64,000 bases of DNA from Eledone cirrhosa (GCA_964016885.1 OZ024758.1:35526001-35590000); one strand, 5' to 3'. Positions 1 to 13,800 are shown, numbered from the stretch's first letter. The notes: a model not told the origin generated them from the letters alone. A program made the numbers and translations.

Positions 1-3000
1 GAGAATTCATTTAAGTTCATGGTACTAGCTGTCAGAAGTAACTCCAATGTTGGTGAGAATTCATTTAAGTTCATGGTATTAGCTGTCAGAAGTAACTCCA
101 CTGTTGGTGAGAATTCATTTAAGTCATGGTATTAGCTGTCAGAAGTAACTCCAATGTTGGTGAGAATTCATTTAAGTTCATGGTATTAGCTGTCAGAAGT
201 AACTCCACTGTTGGTGAGAATTCATTTAAATCATGGTATTAGCTATCAGAAGTAACTCCAATGTTGGTGAGAATTCATTTAAGTTCATGGTATTAGCTGT
301 CAGAAGTAACTCCACTGTTGGTGAGAATTCATTTAAGTTCATGGTATTAGCTGTCAGAAGTAACTCCACTGTTGGTGAGAATTCATTTAAATCATGGTAT
401 TAGTTGTCAGAAGTAACTCCAATGTTGGTGAGAATTCATGTAAGTTCATGGTACTAGGTGTCAGAAGTAACTCCACTGTTGGTGAGAATTCATTTAAGTT
501 CATGGTATTAGTTTGTCAGAAGTAACTCCACTGTTGGTGAGAATTCATTTAAGTCATGGTATTAGTTGTCAGAAGTAACTCCAATGTTGGTGAGAATTCA
601 TTTAAGTTCATGGTATTAGTTTGTCAGAAGTAACTCCACTGTTGGTGAGAATTCATTTAAGTCATGATATTAGTTGTCAGAAGTAACTCCAATGTTGGTG
701 AGAATTCATTTAAGTTCATGGTATTAGCTGTCAGAAGGAACTCCACTGTTGGTGAGAATTCATTTAAGTTCATGGTATTAGCTGTCAGAAGTAACTCCAC
801 TCTTGGTGAGAATTCATTTAAGTTCATGGTACTAGCTGTCAGAAGTAACTCCACTGTTGGTGAGAATTCATTTAAGTTCATGGTATTAGTTTGTCAGAAG
901 TAACTCCACTGTTGGTGAGAATTCATTTAAGTCATGGTATTAGTTGTCAGAAGTAACTCCAATGTTGGTGAGAATTCATTTAAGTTCATGGTACAAGCTG
1001 TCAGAAGTAACTCCACTGTTGGTGAGAATTCATTTAAGTTCATGGTATTAGCTGTCAGAAGTAACTCCACTGTTGGTGAGAATTCATTTAAGTCATGGTA
1101 TTAGCTGTCAGAAGTAACTCCAATGTTGGTGAGAATTCATTTAAGTCATGGTACTAGCTGTCAGAAGTAACTCCAATGTTGGTGAGAATTCATTTAAGTT
1201 CATGGTATTAGCTGTCAGAAGTAACTCCACTGTTGGTGAGAATTCATTTAAGTTCATGGTATTAGCTGTCAGAAGTAACTCCACTGTTGGTGAGAATTCA
1301 TTTAAGTCATGGTATTAGCTGTCAGAAGTAACTCCAATGTTGGTGAGAATTCATTTAAGTTCATGGTATTAGCTGTCAGAAGTCACTCCACTGTTGGTGA
1401 GAATTCATTTAAGTTCATGGTACTAGCTGTCAGAAGTAACTCCAATGTTGGTGAGAATTCATTTAAGTTCATGGTATTAGCTGTCAGAAGGAACTCCACT
1501 GTTGCTGAGAATTCATTTAAGTTCATGGTATTAGCTGTCAGAAGGAACTCCACTGTTGGTGAGAATTCATTTAAGTTCATGGTACTAGCTGTCAGAAGTA
1601 ACTCCACTGTTGGTGAGAATTCATTTAAGTTCATGGTACTAGCTGTCAGAAGTAACTCCAATGTTGGTGAGAATTCATTTAAGTTCATGGTATTAGCTGT
1701 CAGAAGGAACTCCACTGTTGCTGAGAATTCATTTAAGTTCATGGTATTAGCTGTCAGAAGGAACTCCACTGTTGCTGAGAATTCATTTAAGTTCATGGTA
1801 TTAGCTGTCAGAAGGAACTCCACTGTTGGTGAGAATTCATTTAAGTTCATGGTACTAGCTGTCAGAAGTAACTCCACTGTTGGTGAGAATTCATTTAAGT
1901 TCATGGTACTAGCTGTCAGAAGTAACTCCAATGTTGGTGAGAATTCATTTAAGTTCATGGTATTAGCTGTCAGAAGGAAGTCCACTGTTGCTGAGAATTC
2001 ATTTAAGTTCATGGTATTAGCTGTCAGAAGTAACTCCACTGTTGGTGAGAATTCATTTAGGTTCATGGTACTAGCTGTCAGAAGTAACTCCACTGTTGGT
2101 GAGAATTCATTTAAGTTCATGGTATTAGCTGTCAGAAGTCACTCCAATGTTGGTGAGAATTCATTTAAGTTCATGGTATTAGCTGTCAGAAGTCACTCCA
2201 CTGTTGGTGAGAATTCATTTAAGTTCATGGTATTAGCTGTCAGAAGTAACCCCAATGTTGGTGAGATTTCATTTAAGTTCATGGTATTAGCTGTCAGAAG
2301 TCACTCCATTGTAGGTGAGAATTCATTTAACTCATGGTATTAGTTGTCAGAAGTAACTCCAATGTTGGTGAGAATTCATTTAAGTTCATGGTATTAGCTG
2401 TCAGAAGGAACTCCACTGTTGGTGAGAATTCATTTAAGTTCATGGTATTAGCTGTCAGAAGGAACTCCAATGTTGGTGAGAATTCATTTAAGTTCATGGT
2501 ATTAGCTGTCAGAAGTAACTCCACTGTTGGTGAGAATTCATTTAAGTTCATGGTATTAGCTGTCAGAAGGAACTCCACTGTTGGTGAGAATTCATTTAAG
2601 TTCATGGTACTAGCTGTCAGAAGTAACTCCACTGTTGGTGAGAATTCATTTAAGTTCATGGTATTAGTTTGTCAGAAGTAACTCCACTGTTGGTGAGAAT
2701 TCATTTAAGTCATGGTATTAGTTGTCAGAAGTAATCCAATGTTGGTGAGAATTCATTTAAGTCATGGTACTAGCTGTCAGAAGTAACTCCAATGTTGGTG
2801 AGAATTCATTTAAGTTCATGGTATTAGCTGTCAGAAGGAACTCCACTGTTGGTGAGAATTCATTTAAGTTCATGGTATTAGCTGTCAGAAGTAACTCCAC
2901 TGTTGGTGAGAATTCATTTAAGTTCATGGTATTAGCTGTCAGAAGGAACTCCACTGTTGGTCAGAATTCATATAAGTTCATGGTATTAGCTGTCAGAAGT

Positions 3001-6000
3001 AACTCCACTGTTGGTGAGAATTCATTTAAGTTCATGGTATTAGCTGTCAGAAGTAACTCCACTGTTGGTGAGAATTCATTTAAGTTCATGGTACTAGCTG
3101 TCAGAAGTAACTCCAATGTTGGTGAGAATTCATTTAAGTTCATGGTATTAGCTGTCAGAAGTAACTCCACTGTTGGTGAGAATTCATTTAAGTCATGGTA
3201 TTAGCTGTCAGAAGTAACTCCAATGTTGGTGAGAATTCATTTAAGTTCATGGTATTAGCTGTCAGAAGTAACTCCACTGTTGGTGAGAATTCATTTAAAT
3301 CATAGTATTAGCTATCAGAAGTAACTCCAATGTTGGTGAGAATTCATTTAAGTTCATGGTATTAGCTGTCAGAAGTAACTCCACTGTTGGTGAGAATTCA
3401 TTTAAGTTCATGGTATTAGCTGTCAGAAGTAACTCCACTGTTGGTGAGAATTCATTTAAATCATGGTATTAGTTGTCAGAAGTAACTCCAATGTTGGTGA
3501 GAATTCATGTAAGTTCATGGTACTAGGTGTCAGAAGTAACTCCACTGTTGGTGAGAATTCATTTAAGTTCATGGTATTAGTTTGTCAGAAGTAACTCCAC
3601 TGTTGGTGAGAATTCATTTAAGTCATGGTATTAGTTGTCAGAAGTAACTCCAATGTTGGTGAGAATTCATTTAAGTCATGGTACTAGCTGTCAGAAGTAA
3701 CTCCAATGTTGGTTAGAATTCATTTAAGTTCATGGTATTAGCTGTCAGAAGGAACTCCACTGTTGGTGAGAATTCATTTAAGTTCATGGTATTAGCTGTC
3801 AGAAGTAACTCCACTGTTGGTGAGAATTCATTTAAGTTCATGGTACTAGCTGTCAGAAGTAACTCCAGTGTTGGTGAGAATTCATTTAAGTTCATGGTAT
3901 TAGTTTGTCAGAAGTAACTCCACTGTTGGTGAGAATTCATTTAAGTCATGGTATTAGTTGTCAGAAGTAACTCCAATGTTGGTGAGAATTCATTTAAGTC
4001 ATGGTACTAGCTGTCAGAAGTAACTCCAATGTTGGTGAGAATCCATTCTAGTTCATGGTATTAGCTGTCAGAAGGAACTCCACTGTTGGTGAGAAATCAT
4101 TTAAGTTCATGGTATTAGCTGTCAGAAGTAACTTCACTGTTGGTGAGAATTCATTTAAGTTCATGGTACTAGCTGTCAGAAGTAACTCCAATGTTGGTGA
4201 GAATTCATTTAAGTTCATGGTATTAGCTGTCAGAAGTAACTCCACTGTTGGTGAGAATTCATTTAAGTTCATGGTACTAGCTGTCAGAAGTAACTCCACT
4301 GTTGGTGAGAATTCATTTAAGTTCATGGTATTAGCTGTCAGAAGTAACTCCAATGTTGGTGAGAATTCATTTAAGTTAATGGTATTAGCTGTCAGAAGTA
4401 ACTCCACTGTTGGTGAGAATTCATTTAAGTTCATGGTATTAGCTGTCAGAAGTAACTCCACTGTTGGTGAGAATTCATTTAAGTTCATGGTATTAGCTGT
4501 CAGAAGTAACTCCACTGTTGGTGAGAATTCATTTAAGTTCATGGTATTAGCTGTCAGAAGTAACTCCACTGTTGGTGAGAATTCATTTAAGTTCATGGTA
4601 CTAGCTGTCAGAAGTAACTCCAATGTTGGTGAGAATTCATTTAAGTTCATGGTATTAGCTGTCAGAAGTAACTCCACTGTTGGTGAGAATTCATTTAAGT
4701 CATGGTATTAGCTGTCAGAAGTAACTCCAATGTTGGTGAGAATTCATTTAAGTTCATGGTATTAGCTGTCAGAAGTAACTCCACTGTTGGTGAGAATTCA
4801 TTTAAGTCATGGTATTAGCTGTCAGAAGTAACTCCAATGTTGGTGAGAATTCATTTAAGTTCATGGTATTAGCTGTCAGAAGTAACTCCACTGTTGGTGA
4901 GAATTCATTTAAGTTCATGGTATTAGTTTGTCAGAAGTAACTCCACTGTTGGTGAGAATTCATTTAAGTCATGGTATTAGTTGTCAGAAGTAACTCCAAT
5001 GTTGGTGAGAATTCATTTAAGTCATGGTACTAGCTGTCAGAAGTAACTCCAATGTTGGTTAGAATTCATTTAATTTCATGGTATTAGCTGTCAGAAGGAA
5101 CTCCACTGTTGGTGAGAATTCATTTAAGTTCATGGTATTAGCTGTCAGAAGTAACTCCACTGTTGGTGAGAATTCATTTAAGTTCATGGTACTAGCTGTC
5201 AGAAGTAACTCCAGTGTTGGTGAGAATTCATTTAAGTTCATGGTATTAGTTTGTCAGAAGTAACTCCACTGTTGGTGAGAATTCATTTAAGTCATGGTAT
5301 TAGTTGTCAGAAGTAACTCAAATGTTGGTGAGAATTCATTTAAGTCATGGTACTAGCTGTCAGAAGTAACTCCAATGTTGGTGAGAATTCATTTTAGTTC
5401 ATGGTATTAGCTGTCAGAAGGAACTCCACTGTTGGTGAGAAATCATTTAAGTTCATGGTATTAGCTGTCAGAAGTAACTTCACTGTTGGTGAGAATTCAT
5501 TTAAGTTCATGGTACTAGCTGTCAGAAGTAACTCCAATGTTGGTGAGAATTCATTTTAGTTCATGGTATTAGCTGTCAGAAGTAACTCCACTGTTGGTGA
5601 GAATTCATTTAAGGTCATGGTATTAGCTGTCAGAAGTAACTCCACTGTTGGTGAGAATTCATTTAAGTTCATGGTACTAGCTGTCAGAAGTAACTCCACT
5701 GTTGGTGAGAATTCATTTAAGTTCATGGTTTTAGCTGTCAGAAGTAACTCCAATGTTGGTGAGAATTCATTTAAGTTCATGGTATTAGCTGTCAGAAGTA
5801 ACTCCACTGTTGGTGAGAATTCATTTAAGTTCATGGTATTAGCTGTCAGAAGTAACTCCACTGTTGGTGAGAATTCATTTAAGTTCATGGTACTAGCTGT
5901 CAGAAGTAACTCCACTGTTGGTGAGAATTCATTTAAGTTCATGGTATTAGTTTGTCAGAAGTAACTCCACTGTTGGTGAGAATTCATTTAAGTCATGGTA

Positions 6001-9000
6001 TTAGTTGTCAGAAGTAACTCCAATGTTGGTGAGAATTCATTTAAGTTCATGGTACTAGCTGTCAGAAGTAACTCCACTGTTGGTGAGAATTCATTTAAGT
6101 TCATGGTATTAGCTGTCAGAAGTAACTCCACTGTTGGTGAGAATTCATTTAAGTTCATGGTATTAGTTTGTCAGAAGTAACTCCACTGTTGGTGAGAATT
6201 CATTTAAGTCATGGTATTAGTTGTCAGAAGTAACTCCAATGTTGGTGAGAATTCATTTAAGTTCATGGTACTAGCTGTCAGAAGTAACTCCACTGTTGGT
6301 GAGAATTCATTTAAGTTCATGGTATTAGCTGTCAGAAGTAACTCCACTGTTGGTGAGAATTCATTTAAGTTCATGGTACTAGCTGTCAGAAGTAACTCCA
6401 ATGTTGGTGAGAATTCATTTAAGTTCATGGTATTAGCTGTCAGAAGTAACTCCACTGTTGGTGAGAATTCATTTAAGTCATGGTATTAGCTGTCAGAAGT
6501 AACTCCAATGTTGGTGAGAATTCATTTAAGTTCATGGTATTAGCTGTCAGAAGTAACTCCACTGTTGGTGAGAATTCATTTAAGTCATGGTATTAGCTGT
6601 CAGAAGTAACTCCAATGTTGGTGAGAATTCATTTAAGTTCATGGTATTAGCTGTCAGAAGTAACTCCACTGTTGGTGAGAATTCATTTAAGTTCATGGTA
6701 TTAGCTGTCAGAAGTAACTCCACTGTTGGTGAGAATTCATTTAAATCATGGTATTAGTTGTCAGAAGTAACTCCAATGTTGGTGAGAATTCATTTAAGTT
6801 CATGGTACTAGCTGTCAGAAGTAACTCCACTGTTGGTGAGAATTCATTTAAGTTCATGGTATTAGTTTGTCAGAAGTAACTCCACTGTTGGTGAGAATTC
6901 ATTTAAGTCATGGTATTAGTTGTCAGAAGTAACTCCAATGTTGGTGAGAATTCATTTAAGTCATGGTACTAGCTGTCAGAAGTAACTCCAATGTTGGTTA
7001 GAATTCATTTAAGTTCATGGTATTAGCTGTCAGAAGGAACTCCACTGTTGGTGAGAATTCATTTAAGTTCATGGTATTAGCTGTCAGAAATAACTCCACT
7101 GTTGGTGAGAATTCATTTAAGTTCATGGTACTTGCTGTCAGAAGTAACTCCAGTGTTGGTGAGAATTCATTTAAGTTCATGGTATTAGTTTGTCAGAAGT
7201 AACTCCACTGTTGGTGAGAATTCATTTAAGTCATGGTATTAGTTGTCAGAAGTAACTCCAATGTTGGTGAGAATTCATTTAAGTCATGGTACTAGCTGTC
7301 AGAAGTAACTCCAATGTTGGTGAGAATTCATTTTAGTTCATGGTATTAGCTGTCAGAAGGAACTCCACTGTTGGTGAGAAATCATTTAAGTTCATGGTAT
7401 TAGCTGTCAGAAGTAACTTCACTGTTGGTGAGAATTCATTTAAGTTCATGGTACTAGCTGTCAGAAGTAACTCCAATGTTGGTGAGAATTCATTTAAGTT
7501 CATGGTATTAGCTGTCAGAAGTAACTCCACTGTTGGTGAGAATTCATTTAAGTTCATGGTATTAGCTGTCAGAAGTAACTCCACTGTTGGTGAGAATTCA
7601 TTTAAGTTCATGGTACTAGCTGTCAGAAGTAACTCCACTGTTGGTGAGAATTCATTTAAGTTCATGGTATTAGCTGTCAGAAGTAACTCCAATGTTGGTG
7701 AGAATTCATTTAAGTTCATGGTATTAGCTGTCAGAAGTAACTCCACGGTTGGTGAGAATTCATTTAAGTCATGGTATTAGTTGTCAGAAGTAACTCCAAT
7801 GTTGGTGAGAATTCATTTAAGTCATGGTACTAGCTGTCAGAAGTAACTCCAATGTTGGTGAGAATTCATTTAAGTTCATGGTATTAGCTATCAGAAGGAA
7901 CTCCACTGTTGGTGAGAATTCATTTAAGTTCATGGTATTAGCTGTCAGAAGTAACTCCACTGTTGGTGAGAATTCATTTAAGTTCATGGTACTAGCTGTC
8001 AGAAGTAACTCCAATGTTGGTGAGAATTCATTTAAGTTCATGGTATTAGCTGTCAGAAGTAACTCCAGTGTTGGTGAGAATTCATTTAAGTCATTGTATT
8101 AGCTGTCAGAAGTAACTCCAATGTTGGTGAGAATTCATTTAAGTTCATGGTATTAGCTGTCAGAAGTAACTCCACTGTTGGTGAGAATTCATTTAAGTTC
8201 ATGGTATTAGCTGTCAGAAGTAACTCCACTGTTGGTGAGAATTCATTTAAGTTAGAATGGTACTAGCTGTCAGAAGTAACTCCACTGTTGGTGAGAATTC
8301 ATTTAAGTTCATGGTATTAGTTTGTCAGAAGTAACTCCACTGTTGGTGAGAATTCATTTAAGTCATGGTATTAGTTGTCAGAAGTAACTCCAATGTTGGT
8401 GAGAATTCATTTAAGTTCATGGTATTAGCTGTCAGAAGGAACTCCACTGTTGGTGAGAATTCATTTAAGTTCATAGTATTAGCTGTCAGAAGGAACTCCA
8501 ATGTTGGTGAGAATTCATTTAAGTCATGGTACTAGCTGTCAGAAGTAACTCCACTGTTGGTGAGAATTCATTTAAGTTCATGGTATTAGCTGTCAGAAGG
8601 AACGCCACTGTTGGTGAGAATTCATTTAAGTTCATGGTATTAGCTGTCAGAAGGAACTCCACTGTTGGTGAGAATTCATTTAAGTTCATGGTACTACCTG
8701 TCAGAAGTAACTCCACTGTTGGTGAGAATTCATTTAAGTTCATGGTATTAGCTGTCAGAAGTAACTCCAATGTTGGTGAGAATTCATTTAAGTTCATGGT
8801 ATTAGCTGTCAGAAGTAACTCCACTGTTGGTGAGAATTCATTTAAGTTCATGGTATTAGCTGTCAGAAGTAACTCCACTGTTGGTGAGAATTCATTTAAG
8901 TTCATGGTACTAGCTGTCAGAAGTAACTCCACTGTTGGTGAGAATTCATTTAAGTTCATAGTATTAGTTTGTCAGAAGTAACTCCTCTGTTGGTGAGAAT

Positions 9001-10029
9001 TCATTTAAGTCATGGTATTAGTTGTCAGACGTAACTCTAATGTTGGTGAGAATTCATTTAAGTTCATGGTACTAGCTGTCAGAAGTAACTCCACTGTTGG
9101 TGAGAATTCATTTAAGTTCATGGTATTAGCTGTCAGAAGTAACTCCACTGTTGGTGAGAATTCATTTAAGTTCATGGTATTAGCTGTCAGAAGTAACTCC
9201 ACTGTTGGTGAGAATTCATTTAAGTCATGGTATTAGCTGTCAGAAGTAACTCCATTGTTGGTGAGAATTCATTTAAGTCATGGTACTAGATTTCAGAAGT
9301 AACTCCACTGTTGGTGAGAATTCATTTAAGTTCATGGTATTAGTTTGTCAGAAGTAACTCCACTGTTGGTGAGAATTCATTTAAGTCATGGTATTAGTTG
9401 TCAGAAGTAACTCCAATGTTGGTGAGAATTCATTTAAGTTCATGGTACTAGCTGTAAGAAGTAACTCCATTGTTGGTGAGAATTCATTTAAGTTCATGGT
9501 ACTAGCTGTCAGAAGTAACTCCACTGTTGGTGAGAATTCATTTAAGTTCATGGTATTAGTTTGTCAGAACTAACTCCACTGTTGGTGAGAATTCATTTAA
9601 GTCATGGTATTAGTTGTCAGAAGTAACTCCAATGTTGGTGAGAATTCATTTAAGTCATGGTACTAGCTGTCAGAAGTAACTCCAATGTTGGTTAGAATTC
9701 ATTTAAGTTCATGGTATTAGCTGTCAGAAGGAACTCCACTGTTGGTGAGAATTCATTTAAGTTCATGGTATTAGCTGTCAGAAGGAACTCCACTGTTGGT
9801 GAGAATTCATTTAAGTTCATGGTACTAGCTGTCAGAAGTAACTCCAATGTTGGTGAGAATTCATTTTAGTTCATGGTATTAGCTGTCAGAAGTAACTCCA
9901 CTGTTGGTGAGAATTCATTTAAGTTCATGGTATTAGCTGTCAGAAGTAACTCCACTGTTGGTGAGAATTCATTTAAGTTCATGGTACTAGCTGTCAGAAG
10001 TAACTCCACTGTTGGTGAGAATTCATTTA

Positions 10030-13000
10030 AGTTCATGGTATTAGCTGTCAGAAGTAACTCCAATGTTGGTGAGAATTCATTTAAGTTCATGGTATTAGCT
10101 GTCAGAAGTAACTCCACTGTTGGTGAGAATTCATTTAAGTTCATGGTATTAGCTGTCAGAAGTAACTCCACTGTTGGTGAGAATTCATTTAAGTTCATGG
10201 TACTAGCTGTCAGAAGTAACTCCACTGTTGGTGAGAATTCATTTAAGTTCATGGTATTAGTTTGTCAGAAGTAACTCCACTGTTGGTGAGAATTCATTTA
10301 AGTCATGGTATTAGTTGTCAGAAGTAACTCCAATGTTGGTGAGAATTCATTTAAGTTCATGGTACTAGCTGTCAGAAGTAACTCCACTGTTGGTGATAAT
10401 TCATTTAAGTTCATGGTATTAGCTGTCAGAAGTAACTCCACTGTTGGTGAGAATTCATTTAAGTTCATGGTATTAGTTTGTCAGAAGTAACTCCACTGTT
10501 GGTGAGAATTCATTTAAGTCATGGTATTAGTTGTCAGAAGTAACTCCAATGTTGGTGAGAATTCATTTAAGTTCATGGTACTAGCTGTCAGAAGTAACTC
10601 CACTGTTGGTGAGAATTCATTTAAGTTCATGGTATTAGCTGTCAGAAGTAACTCCACTGTTGGTGAGAATTCATTTAAGTTCATGGTACTAGCTGTCAGA
10701 AGTAACTCCAATGTTGGTGAGAATTCATTTAAGTTCATGGTATTAGCTGTCAGAAGTAACTCCACTGTTGGTGAGAATTCATTTAAGTCATGGTATTAGC
10801 TGTCACAAGTAACTCCAATGTTGGTGAGAATTCATTTAAGTTCATGGTATTAGCTGTCAGAAGTAACTCCACTGTTGGTGAGAATTCATTTAAGTCATGG
10901 TATTAGCTGTCAGAAGTAACTCCAATGTTGGTGAGAATTCATTTAAGTTCATGGTATTAGCTGTCAGAAGTAACTCCACTGTTGGTGAGAATTCATTTAA
11001 GTTCATGGTATTAGCTGTCAGAAGTAACTCCACTGTTGGTGAGAATTCATTTAAATCATGGTATTAGTTGTCAGAAGTAACTCCAATGTTGGTGAGAATT
11101 CATTTAAGTTCATGGTACTAGCTGTCAGAAGTAACTCCACTGTTGGTGAGAATTCATTTAAGTTCATGGTATTAGTTTGTCAGAAGTAACTCCACTGTTG
11201 GTGAGAATTCATTTAAGTCATGGTATTAGTTGTCAGAAGTAACTCCAATGTTGGTGAGAATTCATTTAAGTCATGGTACTAGCTGTCAGAAGTAACTCCA
11301 ATGTTGGTTCGAATTCATTTAAGTTCATGGTATTAGCTGTCAGAAGGAACTCCACTGTTGGTGAGAATTCATTTAAGTTCATGGTATTAGCTGTCAGAAA
11401 TAACTCCACTGTTGGTGAGAATTCATTTAAGTTCATGGTACTAGCTGTCAGAAGTAACTCCAGTGTTGGTGAGAATTCATTTAAGTTCATGGTATTAGTT
11501 TGTCAGAAGTAACTCCACTGTTGGTGAGAATTCATTTAAGTCATGGTATTAGTTGTCAGAAGTAACTCCAATGTTGGTGAGAATTCATTTAAGTCATGGT
11601 ACTAGCTGTCAGAAGTAACTCCAATGTTGGTGAGAATTCATTTTAGTTCATGGTATTAGCTGTCAGAAGGAACTCCACTATTGGTGAGAAATCATTTAAG
11701 TTCATGGTATTAGCTGTCAGAAGTAACTTCACTGTTGGTGAGAATTCATTTAAGTTCATGGTACTAGCTGTCAGAAGTAACTCCAATGTTGGTGAGAATT
11801 CATTTAAGTTCATGGTATTAGCTGTCAGAAGTAACTCCACTGTTGGTGAGAATTCATTTAAGTTCATGGTATTAGCTGTCAGAAGTAACTCCACTGTTGG
11901 TGAGAATTCATTTAAGTTCATGGTACTAGCTGTCAGAAGTAACTCCACTGTTGGTGAGAATTCATTTAAGTTCATGGTATTAGCTGTCAGAAGTAACTCC
12001 ACTGTTGGTGAGAATTCATTTAAGTTCATGGTATTAGCTGTCAGAAGTAACTCCACTGTTGGTGAGAATTCATTTAAGTTCATGGTACTAGCTGTCAGAA
12101 GTAACTCCACTGTTGGTGAGAATTCATTTAAGTTCATGGTATTAGTTTGTCAGAAGTAACTCCACTGTTGGTGAGAATTCATTTAAGTCATGGTATTAGT
12201 TGTCAGAAGTAACTCCAATGTTGGTGAGAATTCATTTAAGTTCATGGTACTAGCTGTCAGAAGTAACTCCACTGTTGGTGATAATTCATTTAAGTTCATG
12301 GTATTAGCTGTCAGAAGTAACTCCACTGTTGGTGAGAATTCATTTAAGTTCATGGTATTAGTTTGTCAGAAGTAACTCCACTGTTGGTGAGAATTCATTT
12401 AAGTCATGGTATTAGTTGTCAGAAGTAACTCCAATGTTGGTGAGAATTCATTTAAGTTCATGGTACTAGCTGTCAGAAGTAACTCCACTGTTGGTGAGAA
12501 TTCATTTAAGTTCATGGTATTAGCTGTCAGAAGTAACTCCACTGTTGGTGAGAATTCATTTAAGTTCATGGTACTAGCTGTCAGAAGTAACTCCAATGTT
12601 GGTGAGAATTCATTTAAGTTCATGGTATTAGCTGTCAGAAGTAACTCCACTGTTGGTGAGAATTCATTTAAGTCATGGTATTAGCTGTCAGAAGTAACTC
12701 CAATGTTGGTGCGAATTCATTTAAGTTCATGGTATTAGCTGTCAGAAGTAACTCCACTGTTGGTGAGAATTCATTTAAGTCATGGTATTAGCTGTCAGAA
12801 GTAACTCCAATGTTGGTGAGAATTCATTTAAGTTCATGGTATTAGCTGTCAGAAGTAACTCCACTGTTGGTGAGAATTCATTTAAGTTCATGGTATTAGC
12901 TGTCAGAAGTAACTCCACTGTTGGTGAGAATTCATTTAAATCATGGTATTAGTTGTCAGAAGTAACTCCAATGTTGGTGAGAATTCATTTAAGTTCATGG

Positions 13001-13800
13001 TACTAGCTGTCAGAAGTAACTCCACTGTTGGTGAGAATTCATTTAAGTTCATGGTATTAGTTTGTCAGAAGTAACTCCACTGTTGGTGAGAATTCATTTA
13101 AGTCATGGTATTAGTTGTCAGAAGTAACTCCAATGTTGGTGAGAATTCATTTAAGTCATGGTACTAGCTGTCAGAAGTAACTCCAATGTTGGTTAGAATT
13201 CATTTAAGTTCATGGTATTAGCTGTCAGAAGGAACTCCACTGTTGGTGAGAATTCATTTAAGTTCATGGTATTAGCTGTCAGAAATAACTCCACTGTTGG
13301 TGAGAATTCATTTAAGTTCATGGTACTAGCTGTCAGAAGTAACTCCAGTGTTGGTGAGAATTCATTTAAGTTCATGGTATTAGTTTGTCAGAAGTAACTC
13401 CACTGTTGGTGAGAATTCATTTAAGTCATGGTATTAGTTGTCAGAAGTAACTCCAATGTTGGTGAGAATTCATTTAAGTCATGGTACTAGCTGTCAGAAG
13501 TAACTCCAATGTTGGTGAGAATTCATTTTAGTTCATGGTATTAGCTGTCAGAAGGAACTCCACTGTTGGTGAGAAATCATTTAAGTTCATGGTATTAGCT
13601 GTCAGAAGTAACTTCACTGTTGGTGAGAATTCATTTAAGTTCATGGTACTAGCTGTCAGAAGTAACTCCAATGTTGGTGAGAATTCATTTAAGTTCATGG
13701 TATTAGCTGTCAGAAGTAACTCCACTGTTGGTGAGAATTCATTTAAGTTCATGGTATTAGCTGTCAGAAGTAACTCCACTGTTGGTGAGAATTCATTTAA
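10030..13800. repeat. Higher-order tandem duplication, period 1,885 bp (about 35 monomers)
   Basis: Matching ORF-track patterns sit at a constant offset of 1885 (10305/12190, 10521/12406, 11650/13535). The rare variant AGAAATAACT occurs at about 11400 and 13285. Confidence 0.85.

Noticed and set aside
44-48. CCAAT box or heat-shock-element-like promoter motifs
   Set aside because: These are short motifs in a satellite with no gene context. GAATTC lacks the nGAAnnTTCn spacing of a heat-shock element.
2055-2063. TTTAGG telomere-like motif
   Set aside because: It is a single A>G substitution in a few monomers and is never tandemly repeated.
4041-4050. Two clustered T>C changes (ATCCATTCTA) as an editing signature
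   Set aside because: It is a single occurrence and cannot be distinguished from chance mutation or sequencing error.
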